A stretch of DNA of 64,000 nt from Paraspadella gotoi. Its lineage: Eukaryota; Animalia; Chaetognatha. The notes beneath the pieces were generated by a model. That model did not search any database and was not told the origin of the DNA. It saw nothing but the letters and a program-made list of their open reading frames with translations. How positions within the stretch are numbered: the first letter of the stretch is position 1; each line of letters opens with the position of its first letter. The stretch covers positions 20,438,780 through 20,502,779 of the forward strand of contig CM119266.1 of assembly GCA_051294375.1 (NCBI GenBank). Direction: 5' to 3'. Positions 36,474 to 48,312 of this stretch are shown piece by piece. A program made the translations under genes and the position numbers.

Positions 36474-39400
36474 GAAGCGTGATATCGGTTATGGACCGGA
36501 ACGAAAATAGAAATTTTATTCTGTTGAGGACTTCAATCTCTTCCGTGCGTGTTTTTAAAGATCTCCCGTAAAAAATAAATGTAAGGTCCGATTATTGGTT
36601 CATACGCTCTCTGTATTCTTTACTCTCACTCACTGGAGACACTCCTTGTGGTCCGGTTTCTCGCGCGAGGTCTCTTCCATGGGGTCACCACCACCCTTCT
36701 CCTGGCCGTGGAAGGGGAGAATTTTTGTGTCAGGCCGGGAGCACCGGAGAATCTGAGTGGCGACTGTTGTTGAGACTCTTTCTGCCGAGATCAACAATGG
36801 GCGGCAAAGAAGTTGAGTTGTAAAACCCTTAGATCTCTTCCCATTACTCGAGATTTCCTCGACTCGGATTGCCGACGATAGTAATACTCACGCATCGCGG
36901 TGCCTCCATTCGTTTGCGGAAATGCCCACATATCTCTATGCGATGAACCTTCTGAACTGTATTGGGGTGTGCTCATACGGCGTCGGTGCTAATTCCGTCA
37001 TCGTCGCGATCGAAGTTGTCCATCTGAGAAAACTCATGTGGGCATATTTTCTTTGGAAAACGTCACAGTGTTAGTTGGCTCCGCTTGTCCTTCGAGTAAA
37101 GTGTTTCTCACGGTGACACCATGAGTCCAATTCCGCGGCTCGAAAGACGAAAGAGCAAACTTAGACTCTCTTCGCGGCGCGAAACCTCGCCGCCGGAGAG
37201 ATTCTTTTTATTTCTGTTCTGACTATCCGTAAGAGAACACGTTGGGAAGACATATCGAAAAGGAGTTCGATAAAGAAAGAGTAAGAAATAAGAAATGTCG
37301 AAAGAGGTTGTTTCTTGGGGACGGAAATCGCATAACGTCAATCCAAGCCAATTAGGGATGAAGAAGTCGACGCGGAGTGTATGGCAAATGTTCACGCACT
37401 TATTTAATCAAAAAATCGCAATCGGGAATCTCTCGAGAAATCGCGTGGGGAATATTTTTCAGAAATCCGAGAGGTAGGAGAAGCAGGTAATGGTGGAAGT
37501 AAAGTATGTCCGACATGAAGGAGAGGGACCGGTGATGATATATAGCTCAAAGAGGAGATAAAGAAAGGGCACCGGGAAAAAAGTGCCGGAGCCGGGATGA
37601 AGTATTGTATGAGAGAGAGAGATGGAGCGAAGGTCAACCGGGAAAGAGGGAGAAAACGCTAAAGATCTGGCGGGGAAAAAATGGGAATGGAAAGTGGGAT
37701 GAAAGTGTAGCTAGAACCGGGGTGGAAACCCTGGAGAATTTCTTGTGGGAGGAAAAACCGGAAAAGTCAACATGGGCGGATCAAAGATATGAGTATTGGT
37801 ATGAGTATGAAAAATGTTAGCCGGGTAGAAAAAAACAGAAGATCTTCACAGGGAGAGGACTGTGAGAGTAGATGATCGACGCCGAGAAGAAAAAATGAGC
37901 GGGCTAAGATTAGGACAGCACTGCAGAAACGAGAAGGGTCAGGGACTGATGTCTCACTGGCCTATGCACAAACCGAGAGAGAGAGAGATACGGCCCGTGT
38001 ATTTGTATAATCCGGTTAATATAGAATCATAATATTAATAATATGATATATAATAAAAAATAAAAAAACATAGTAATAACAAATAATTAGCACGGGCTGG
38101 ATGGCTCGTGGATGGAGACCGTCGGAGAAGTTACGCGGCCGGCCCGCTAAATGATCAAAGTTTATCAATCCTTTTGGGCGCCGCGTCGCGCAGCGAAAAG
38201 ACCAAGAAAACGAGCAAGTCAGTAGCGATCATATGTATCTTATCGCGCAGGTGTTATTGGAAGAACCCCCATTTGACGTTATGTATAAATGAGAGGCAAA
38301 AAGGGGGCTATTCAAAAAACAGCCAATCTAGCACAGAGAAGACCAAGAAAAAAGTAGAAAAAAATTTATCTCGAAAATCTTAACAATCGGAATACGAATA
38401 GTTGATAGTACTGGCTGTGTATCGGATCGCCCTCTGATTCAGGCCGTTTAAAGTCCTGATTCAATTGAATATGGATTTTTTTTCAGCCTGGGTGATTCCC
38501 GAAATATAATGGAATTTTCCTTGTCGAAATTCGGAATATTGTCAGGTTTTCGATCAACACCGCTCCGCAACTTCCGAAAGGAATTGAAATTCCAAAATTC
38601 GCGCTCTTCGAAGTCTCTCTCCTTTCGTCAGTGTGACTATGCGGCGGTGGCAAATGTCCGCGCTCAGTGGCGCGACCGCCTTTGTCGTAAACATCGTCAG
38701 CCCAGCGTCGACTTTCCATCTGCCTCTGCGAGACGTGAGATTATCATCCATTCCTATTTATATTACTGCCTTCTGTGCTTGCGGTGACGCAACGTGCATC
38801 TAGTTCGCGCCCTTATCTCCCTCCCCGAGAATATGGTTCAATAAAGACCGGAGGTCATGGCGGGCATTGACGCAATTATCTGGTCAAGTTTGATTTAAGT
38901 TTATTTCTTCAAGACGCAAGTACTGGATCTCGCGGCTGACGCACACCAGGAGGGTGCACGGTGCGTGGGGCTGGCTTGCACGTCAGGAACTGAGCGGTCG
39001 AGACGGGTTTCCTGGAATGCGCCCGGAGAACAAAGTCTCACAAGTGACGCACCAGGAGGATGCCGTGTATTACGTAATTAGCCAAAAAAATCCTACAAAG
39101 CACCACAGAACAACAGAAAAATACATGCTGCAGGACCGCTGTCCCGAGCATTTCAGGGCGAGAGACCGGCGCCCCCAGGGCCCGCCCGTTCCGCAACAAA
39201 GAAAGGAAGCGTCAACGTGGCTGGTCCGGATGAGGATCTGGCGCGTTACGTTTTTGGATTTGGGAGCATCACCCATCTCGACATCTAACGAATCGGTCCC
39301 GTAACTGCCTTTCGCACTTACAGCACGCTCTACAGACGCGAGAAATGTACTGCAGCGCGAGGAGTGATGCACTACGTTATGTGGCTATGAGTGTCCATCT

Positions 39401-40107
39401 TGACTATCTGAGAAAACCGCCATCGACTCAAACTGAGCTGCTCTTTAGATGAATTATTTCTAACAACAACACCAAAATGGTACCCGCGCGCACCTTTTGT
39501 CCGGCGTGCGGAGCCCGTCATACGAGACGTACGACCAAATCACAGCAGCCATTCCAGAGTCTGTCGTCTGCGCATGGAAGACATTCTGCGAGCACGCATT
39601 GTATGCTGGAGACAGAACACGCGGCGCGATAACAGCGCACGCCGACGACGGAAAAGTTTCATTGGATGCCATTGTTAAACTTAATTAATATCCATTCAAC
39701 ACGCGGCGAGCCACCAAATGTGTACACTGGTACTTTAACAAATATATTCAACTTCCTAATCCTTTTCTTTATTTTTTATCTATCTTTCTTTGGTCCTACA
39801 CTTCCGTTCTTCGAGTTTCGAGATATGAAGTTCCTTATTGGTATACGAGTTCTTGGATAGATATATTACATTATTCCATATCCAACCAAGGTGAATTTAT
39901 TTGTATACATTTAAGCTATATGTCGTAAGCGAGCCCACAAGTAACAATACAAAGAGTAGACATCATTAAGGTACTCACTGAACACTCCTTTGGACCGTGA
40001 TATCATGATGAGTGCGTGTATATAAGGCATACTGTGATAGTCATCTGATCAGTATTGAGTATAGTATGTTGACGAGAGATGAATGAGAGTAAGACACGAG
40101 AGAGTAT

Positions 40108-40139
<32 letters not shown>

Positions 40140-43100
40140 GACCTGAATCTGAGAGCTAAAGATGACTCGTCGAGTACGCACGACGCACTGTAAAATTCAA
40201 TCTCCATTCAAAAAAAATCTCTTGCTCTATCTTCAGGGAGGAAAAATTCAATGGCCGGCTGCAAAAAAAAGGAAGAAGCTACGCGCGTGAGAGGAAAGCG
40301 GTATTATGACTACTCGAGGAAGAACCGTGAGGTCGTATTTACATCGAAGGAGAGAGGTATACATATCGAGCTCTCTCTCTTTATCTCTCTCTTTCTCTCT
40401 TTACGGCTCAAACCCCTCTCATCTCTTCCTTGCAAAGCGAAATCTCATCTCTAGGCATAAGATGCGGTCATAAATCGACGGTACAAGAAAATGATACTCA
40501 TCCCTAAAAAGGGTAACTCGGACTTATAAAATCGCGCATTTTCTACTGCATTTCTGGTGCTGTCTCAGAACGCCGCTCATACTTAGCAGAGAAATGTCCT
40601 TGAACTTAGAGGATTCTTCGCGTGAGCGAACTCCAACTCGCGTACAGATGGTGCACGATACATCTGTCTCTGTTATACAGTACACCTTTGGTTCGTTATT
40701 CAGCGGATTGTCGAGTTGTGATATACGGCTTGAGCAAAAATACAAGAAATTATAAACAAAATTCATTCTGAAAAACGCTAATCAAGGTGGAAAATATGTG
40801 AACCACGGAGAACTCGCGAAGCGGAAAGTAGAGTGGTTACAGAGCGTAAAATATGAACATTAAAACTCTTGGTGGAAGAAGAGAGGTTAGTAAGAAAATA
40901 ACCTCAAGCAGCCATCACTAAATCAATATGACATTGATCAATAACACGACAGAAGTAAAATATGCAGAAGGAATCAACTTCCTAATGGTTCCCTCTATAA
41001 CGTCGAAGGGCTACCAGTCTATGGGACGTTAGCAATACGAGAGAGACAGAGGAGGAATGATGAGAGATGAGAGAGAGAGAGTATGTTGAGGTGCGAGATG
41101 CGCCTGAGATTCCTGCCTCCCTCTCCTCTCTAGGAGAGAGAAGAAGAGAGAAAATAGGAAGGGCGTGAGGAATTGAGTCTGAAGAACATAAATCACCACA
41201 AAAGAAAAGAAAAAAATCTGGAACACCAGTGAGTAAAAAAAAAGCCTTTTTTCCAGATGGGCCCAATGAGTTTTATGGGGCCCAAGGAACGTCCAACGCG
41301 ATATTTTTGGCAAGAGCAGACGAGAATTTTTTCCAGGGGAAGAAAAAGGGAATATATTACCGAATTTTTCGCGTAAAAAAAACAATAGGTCAAAAAGAAG
41401 TCGAAACAAGACAATGGACGAAAATTTTAGTTGTTTTGCGAATCGAAAACACGAAATTTGAACCATGAAATGTTACTCTTCCAAAGTATGTGCCCTTTAG
41501 ACTTTCCTTATCAGTATTTTGGTAAAAATGATAAAAATTAATCATTTATTAAAAATGGGGAGTCCATTCCCACCTGCCTTCTGTTTAGGCATTTTAGATA
41601 TCCTTAATGAGTTTGATCAAATTATGATTTTCTAACCAGGAATGATATAGTGATGTATAATTAGAAAACCTAAGGCCGGATGACTTGTCCAATCCTGAAA
41701 CCTTATCTAACCTAGAAAAAAAGAGGAAAAGAAATAAAACCTAGTCGAAAACAAGTAATTTTAAGCAAGATTTTTATCATATGAAGTCAACCCCGTAAGT
41801 AGAGAAATTTATGCGAGAAATTATTTCTTGACTTTTTATTCTTTGTTTTGGTTATGTTGTTTTAGCGATTTATTTATATCCGTCTTTTGTTCTAACGGTC
41901 CTTTTTTGAGCTTAGGTGAAATCGACGGTAAGAGAAGGAACCGGACGATGTAGAAAGCGCGAATCCACTTGGAGAATGTTCAGGCGAGTTAAAAGCCAAG
42001 CGCCGGGGTGGAAAAATTGTCGAAGGGGGGGGAGGTTCGAAGCATTTCCAAAGGGGGGGAAATCATGGGTGTGGGGAGTTTAAAACCAGAAAGGGAGGGT
42101 TGGAAACTTCATCAAAGGCTTTCGGGGACGGAGTACAACCGAAATTTGGAAAGTTGGAGACGACCCCAAATCAGAAAGTCCAAGGTTGGACTTGACTTTC
42201 AAGGTATTGGTTGTTGCACTTTTTACGGTTTGGTGATCAGAGTGTGCACACTCGAAATTTGTGTGACGGTGGGAGAGGGAAAATTGGAGAGCAGTTAAAA
42301 TCGGGCTGAGAACAAAGTAGCGTGGAGAAATTATTATATTACTTCAGCTAGAGGGGAGGGAATTAAGGATATCTCGATGGAAATTACGTCTCAGAGTAAA
42401 TAACGAGAGACCACAAGGAATGGCCACGGGATCTCGAGTATAACAACGAGGAAAAATAAGCCTTAAAATTGAACACTCACCCGAACCGTCAGCCGGGAGA
42501 GGCAAAACGTAAAACGAAGAGAAAAGATAGATAGCGTCAGATATTGTACCATTTCCAGAGATTACCTCGTGCGTATTCAGGCCGGAAAAATATCCGCGCG
42601 GAAGACCGAGGGAACAAGCCCTCCTGCCATGCCCCCCCCCCAGTCAACAAACTGGCGGGAGATTCTTCGTGGGGAAATACGGGGCTATAAGTGCGGAAGG
42701 GAGGGAGGAGGAGGCGGGAGTGGAAGGAGGAGAGGAGTGGGAAAGAGGAGAATTGAAAACGGAAATCTAATAGAGAGGAACAGGTGAGGTATGAAGGGGG
42801 CAACGAGTGAAAGGTGCAAAGTGTGATATTAAACAAAAACTGAAGTGGCCGGGTAGGTGATCCTTGATTAACTATACGAATGCCGGAATCTATGCCTGGA
42901 GGGAAGTGTAAGTAAAAAATCGAAAGAAAGTAAGTCCCAAATGAGTTTATAGGAGGTTGACCGAACCCAGAAGAAGTGGAGGATTTTACCTCACACGTGC
43001 TTCCCACTTCAAAGCGTCATGAAGGCTTGACGCGCCACGGACCATAGGGGGATCTTAACCCCACTTTAATAGATAATAAGATATATATCCGGTTGAATGT

Positions 43101-46100
43101 GGCCACAGGTGGGCACGGCCAGAAGGGAGGCCGGGCCCCGGCCCAAAACCGCCAGCCCGCGCCAAGAGTCTCCGCCTCTGCGCCTCACACAATCTTCTCA
43201 ATGTACCGTGGTGTTGGGGAAAAATTGATGACATAAGAGTCGGCCCCCTCTACACAATAAGTCGTCGTCTGTCGTACGTCTGTGCGTCGTCGTCGTCGAT
43301 CTGTCGTGCGTCACGTCGTCGGGACCGAGGTCGTCACGGTATCGAGGTGAAGAAGGGCGAGATGAGACCGGATTTCCCGGTTTAACTCTCTTGGCCCGGT
43401 GCCTTGTTCCCTGGTTTTTTCCTGCTTGCCTACCTCGGGTTACTATCATTATCCCCTTTACGATTTCAGCTTCGTCGGCCGTCTCCGGCTGCCAACCTGG
43501 ACGGCCCACCGACGCCAGAAATCTCAAGACAAGAATAGGCGCACATCTCACTATTTTATATCGGCCACTGAATGCCCACCATTGCTGCTCTCACTCAAGG
43601 AATGTTGCCGCCGGCACATTAATTAACGTATGCGTTAGTTTGGGGGGAGCTGGCGCATTGGTTACCTGAATCATGCGCCCACCGTCGATGATGGGATGCA
43701 AACGCCCACAACAGGTTTGAGGACAGAGCTGAAACCCAAATCTTCTCCCTTGCTTCGCAGTGACGTCCCACTATTCCGCATCGCCCATTGTATTACCAAC
43801 ACTAGACACGTCCCGTTGCCATCGTTGTCGTGGCATCCTCAAAGACAGCCTTGTCCTTGATTGACGCCGTCGTTATCGTCAAGAACGTCGTTGCCTTCGT
43901 CACGGTTTTCCTTCGGCAGAGAAAACCCCGAAATGATGACGGTTATTTTCATGCAAATGGGTATTTAGACCTTGGAGTTCAACAATGGTCATTTTCAAAG
44001 TGGTTTCGTTGTCTTACTTTGGCCATGTCAAAAGTATTTCGCAAAAACGCTCACAGAGCGAATTTCATCCCACCTTCCATTCCCCGTCCTCACATCACTC
44101 TACTGTACTTCTTCTCTACCCGTCTCGCTCTTCACCCTCGACAAATCAATCCTTCTGAGTCTTGGAACCTCTCGTGCATCATCTTTTCTTTACGTCGTCT
44201 CTCAGACTTACAATTCTCTAATTATTTTTGGCAGCCTTCTTTCTTTATTTATTAATTTTTTCACACTCTTCCTGATATTTCCCTAGTCGTTATAAAAAAT
44301 AGTTTTTTAGTTCCCATTTTAGAGGTTATCATAATCTCTCTTCCTAATGGCTTATTCATCTTCCTTTTCTGGGATGCTCTTTCCCTTTTTTCGTGGGCTA
44401 TGCTACTCATGGTCTCTGCTCTTCCTCTCTCTCTCTTCATTTCTCTTCTCTCTTCGGTCGGCTCTACTTCTCTCGAATCGTTTCTATCACCTCTCTCTCT
44501 ACTATCTCATCTCTTCTCATGGTTTTTTTTCTAATCTCTTTGTATTTGCCTTTCTATTTCTCTTCAGCATCCTTGCCTTTCTTAAATTCCTTTTTCACGA
44601 ATGGAAACTGAAATGGTTTTTGGCGGAACTCACGGCGCCCAGATTCTTGACTTTCACGCTGGAAGAAAAGTAGGCGTTTGAGAGAGTCGAAGTCGACATC
44701 TCAGCCCGGTGGCAGAATGACCGAGACACAGAAGACGAGATGCGCATCTCGTCAGGAATAGGGAGACCGGTCTCGGTCTAACACAGATCTCTCTCTCTCT
44801 CAGTAGTCTCATCTGCGTCTACTCTCTGCAGCTCTCAGATCTCGTTTTTCCCAGCGTTTAACGCGAATGTTAATCTTTTCCGGCATTTACCTTTTTTTCA
44901 ATACTTGGCCAGCTGCAAAGAACCCTCGGGATAGCCGCCTTCGCCCTTCGACGACGGAAGGCGCGAGGCATAGAGATAATTGAATAAAAATAAATTAATA
45001 TTAATAAATATAGAGAGGACACATGGGAAGAGAGATTTGAGAAAAAAATACAAATATAGAACAAGAAGAGGACGTGAATCCATCGAGTTAGAGAAAGAAT
45101 GGAAATTCCAAAATAATAAGTTCTCGTCGCGAGATTACATCACAAGTCATTCCTGCGGATTCGTTTCTTGACTTGAGGAATATGGATGGCGTTCGTGGAC
45201 AAGTTGATCCGACAAATCTAGAAAATTAGATAAAGTATATGATTTTCGAAACGATGGTCTTGAACGGGCTCAGGGGGTGGGAGGGAGGTTAGTTTTCGGT
45301 ACAATTCACGAAAATTTACTCGTTGGTTCATTACAATTACCACATCTTTAAGGGATTAGCTATTAACTAAATAGTATAGCGTGCCTTTCTCATCTGCATC
45401 GCTCACCGTTTAGACGTGTTTTTGACAAGGGGTCACCGGATTTCCGTCTACGGATTACTGGATTCCTAATACTCTCCGTTATATCTAGGTTTATTATAAA
45501 GGTTATATCCTGAGAAGACGCCCTAGGAAACCCGGCGTGGAAATTTCGCAGAAGGAGATAAACCCTCCGGGGCCTCTCTTAGGATCTCTTCGTCTCGCCT
45601 TCGGCTTTTAACCGGGACTTCTGCTCTCGGCTTATTCTTTCTCTGTTCGCTTTCTTTTCTCATCTTCTATCGGCGATCGGGGAGTCAAGCCCTCGGCCGG
45701 TACGTCTCCACCGTCCTCTCGTCGGGGACACCGATACTAAATCCTCTATACGCAGGCACGCGGCCAAAAGTCCATCAAATCCAATACGCGAATTCTGTAA
45801 ACACATTCCACGGTGAGAAAAACCATGGGGCCCCGCGCGATGTCAAGTACTCGTTAGCGTTGCGATAAGTTCATTATAGTGTCATATTGGCGCTCTACGG
45901 GTCGTCGTACGTCGTCGTCGAACGTCAATCGTACGTGGCCCGCCACACGCCGTCTGGGTCTTCGAGACTCTCGAGTGCAGCGACGATTGAGAGCCATGGA
46001 CTCACATAAAGGACAAGTGACGCAGGAGGAGAAGAGAAACGTTAATTAGCATGAGAGCAGAAGAATGGAGCAAAAAAAAGAACGAGAGGAATCTGAAAAG

Positions 46101-46715
46101 AGTAAGAGGGAAGGCGAGAGGAAGCGGAGCGTGGGCTTGGACTGAGTTTCTCTCAAATCTTTCTCTGCGGGGCATCTTCTCTTCTCCAACGCTCTATCTC
46201 TCAGATCGTCTCGGTCTCTCTCGGTCGTGGGCGCGTACAGTAGCCTGTCAATCAGTGGTGGCTCTAGCATACGTCTCTCTACACTTAGCTCTTCTCTGGT
46301 GGATCAAGGGTCAAGTATTGCAAGAATTGTCCGGGGTGTACATGAGATGTGTGCTTCTCAATCGTAAAACCATTGCTCTTGTGAACTGTCTCTACCAGAA
46401 AGTCTCATCTGCTACGCTACGTGCGAGTACAAAGTCTGAAGGGGACTGAGAATCACAGGGCATCGCTCATGTCTCTAGCCGGGCGTCTCAAATCAGTCTG
46501 CTACGTCTCACGTCTCATCAGCTCTCATTCTCTGCTCGATCGCTCCTTTCTTCCTGTCTCCTATCGTATGCGCAGTCGAAATATACACAAATTGCAGCTA
46601 ATCTATCTTATATATCAAAATACCACCAAATCTCACTTCTGGGGTCTTCCCTTAAAAGAGTCGGGTGCATAGCAGATCGATCAAATCGGTTTGGAAAGCT
46701 AGAGAAAAAAGAAGC
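36474..46715 (-). repeat. Right arm of ~10.24 kb inverted repeat
   Basis: Reverse complement of 13650-23891. It starts inside a (GA)n tract (gaagcgtgata) and the exact match ends at gaagc 46715. Confidence 0.97.
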
Positions 46716-47030
46716 CTTAGCCTTTGGCGCAAAAACAACAATCGCCAACCTTTCACAAGTCAACAAGCTCGCACACAACATGATGGAGATTTCTGAGTCC
46801 GAGTGTGATGGTGACGCTTCTTCATCGAACGATGAATAACACGTATCGTCCTTCTCGAGCTCTCTTATAATTCAGCATCTGCCTGGCGGTAGCAATGGCG
46901 TCTCCTGAGAGTGAAAGACGTATAACGACGACCGACGAAGATAGACTGGCTCACTGAGCGTCATCTGATGACGTAAAGGACTCAGGGAGTCGAAAGACGC
47001 ATTCATCTCTCACATCCGGCTCTCTTCCAA
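46716..47030 (-). repeat. Degenerate continuation of the inverted homology (to ~13370-13635)
   Basis: For example, catctgcctggcggtagcaatggcgtctcctgagagtgaa is the reverse complement of ttcactctcaggagacgccattgctccgccaggcagatg with small differences. Confidence 0.85.
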
Positions 47031-47114
47031 TATCTTCCTCTCCGTGCTCTTGCTGGCTCTCGCTCGTGCACTGTTCTCACGACCAGCCACACAGCTTGGC
47101 GCAGATAGACCTTC

Positions 47115-47830
47115 CAGCAGTGGGATGGTCGCGCTAATCGAACGTCAAACGCATTGTATCCTTCGGATTGAGAGCAGATATATACGAGATCTTTCATTCT
47201 TAGAGTTCGGGGGCAGAAGTTATGCCCATATACGCGAGCGACCGTGAACAGGAGGAGCAGAGGCGCCAGCCGGAAGGTCGCATTCGCAACGACTTCGCGC
47301 AAGTATAAGGTCGGAAGTCAGCTCTGTATTTCGTACTGCGGGCACGTCGTCACGAGCATCACTCAACTTTGTAATTATCTTGTCACACCAAATTGGGTCA
47401 ATCCACTTACAATCCTGCAGTGTCTTCCGCTTCGCATCGTGGCAGACTAGAGGTCAGGGGTCTGAGCAATGAGCATGGATATCGGATTTCCGCCTACCAC
47501 ACTTTTTCCTCGGAGTTCATTCAACGCCCACTGAATACTCATTTAAATAACGCACAATAAAATATCGAAAAGCTGCTGACATTGTCATATTCTACACACT
47601 ATGGCCATTTAAAACAGTTCGTATTGGAACCATCACTATCTTTGATACTCTCTCTTTAATAGACCTCTTTATGATAACTCATAGTGCGTCAATAGCTTTT
47701 GAAGCTCGGAAGGTGGTGTTCGCCTAGGGAAACGTAGACTGGCTCCTAGAGATTCGACCTATCTGTTCTTCTCTTACAACTCTATCTCCGCTCTCCATAA
47801 GCGCAAACATTCATCTCTTCATTCGAGAAG
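47115..47830 (+). repeat. Insertion-rich copy of 35985-36460
   Basis: Anchors ccttcggattg, agaggtcaggg, gaagctcggaagg, cctagggaa, ccgctctccata and gcgcaaacatt are shared in order. Confidence 0.85.
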
Positions 47831-48247
47831 ACAACGAGAGAGAGAAGCGAGAGGAGGAGAGTCGTCAGGCATGACGAGTAGCACGCATGTACTATCTCTC
47901 TGCCTCACGTCATGTCTCGACGATCTTCGCACGTCTCCTACCGTTATGTAGTACGTAATGCGGAGAGGACATGATTGATCGCCTGAGAGCCCATGCTGCA
48001 TTGAGAGATCTGGAAAGAATCCGTCCATGATTTTTTTTTTTAACTGAGGTTACGACTCCCTTTTTTTTTGTTTCCTACACTCCCCCGCCCGCCCCATCTT
48101 CGNNNNNNNNNNNNNNNNNNNNNNNNNGCCCCTCTTCCCCGTTCATTCCGCGGTTGACTGACCTTGAATACAAACTTGATGCATATGGAAAATCGTTGAG
48201 TCCCATGAGTTCTTATTCTTCTTCTTATTCTCACTCTTTCTTTCTCT

Positions 48248-48248
48248 A

Positions 48249-48279
<31 letters not shown>

Positions 48280-48312
48280 TTCTTCTTCGTCTTCGTCTTC
48301 TTCTTCTTCTTC
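48248..48312. repeat. (CTT)n/(CGT) trinucleotide microsatellite
   Basis: Visible run; explains the poly-E, poly-F, poly-K and poly-R ORFs. Confidence 0.93.

Noticed and set aside
13650-46715. Giant transposon (Polinton/Maverick, Foldback or similar) with 10-kb TIRs
   Set aside because: No transposase, integrase or polymerase ORF in the spacer and no target-site duplication. Homology continues noisily past the outer ends, and the spacer contains copies of the arms themselves.
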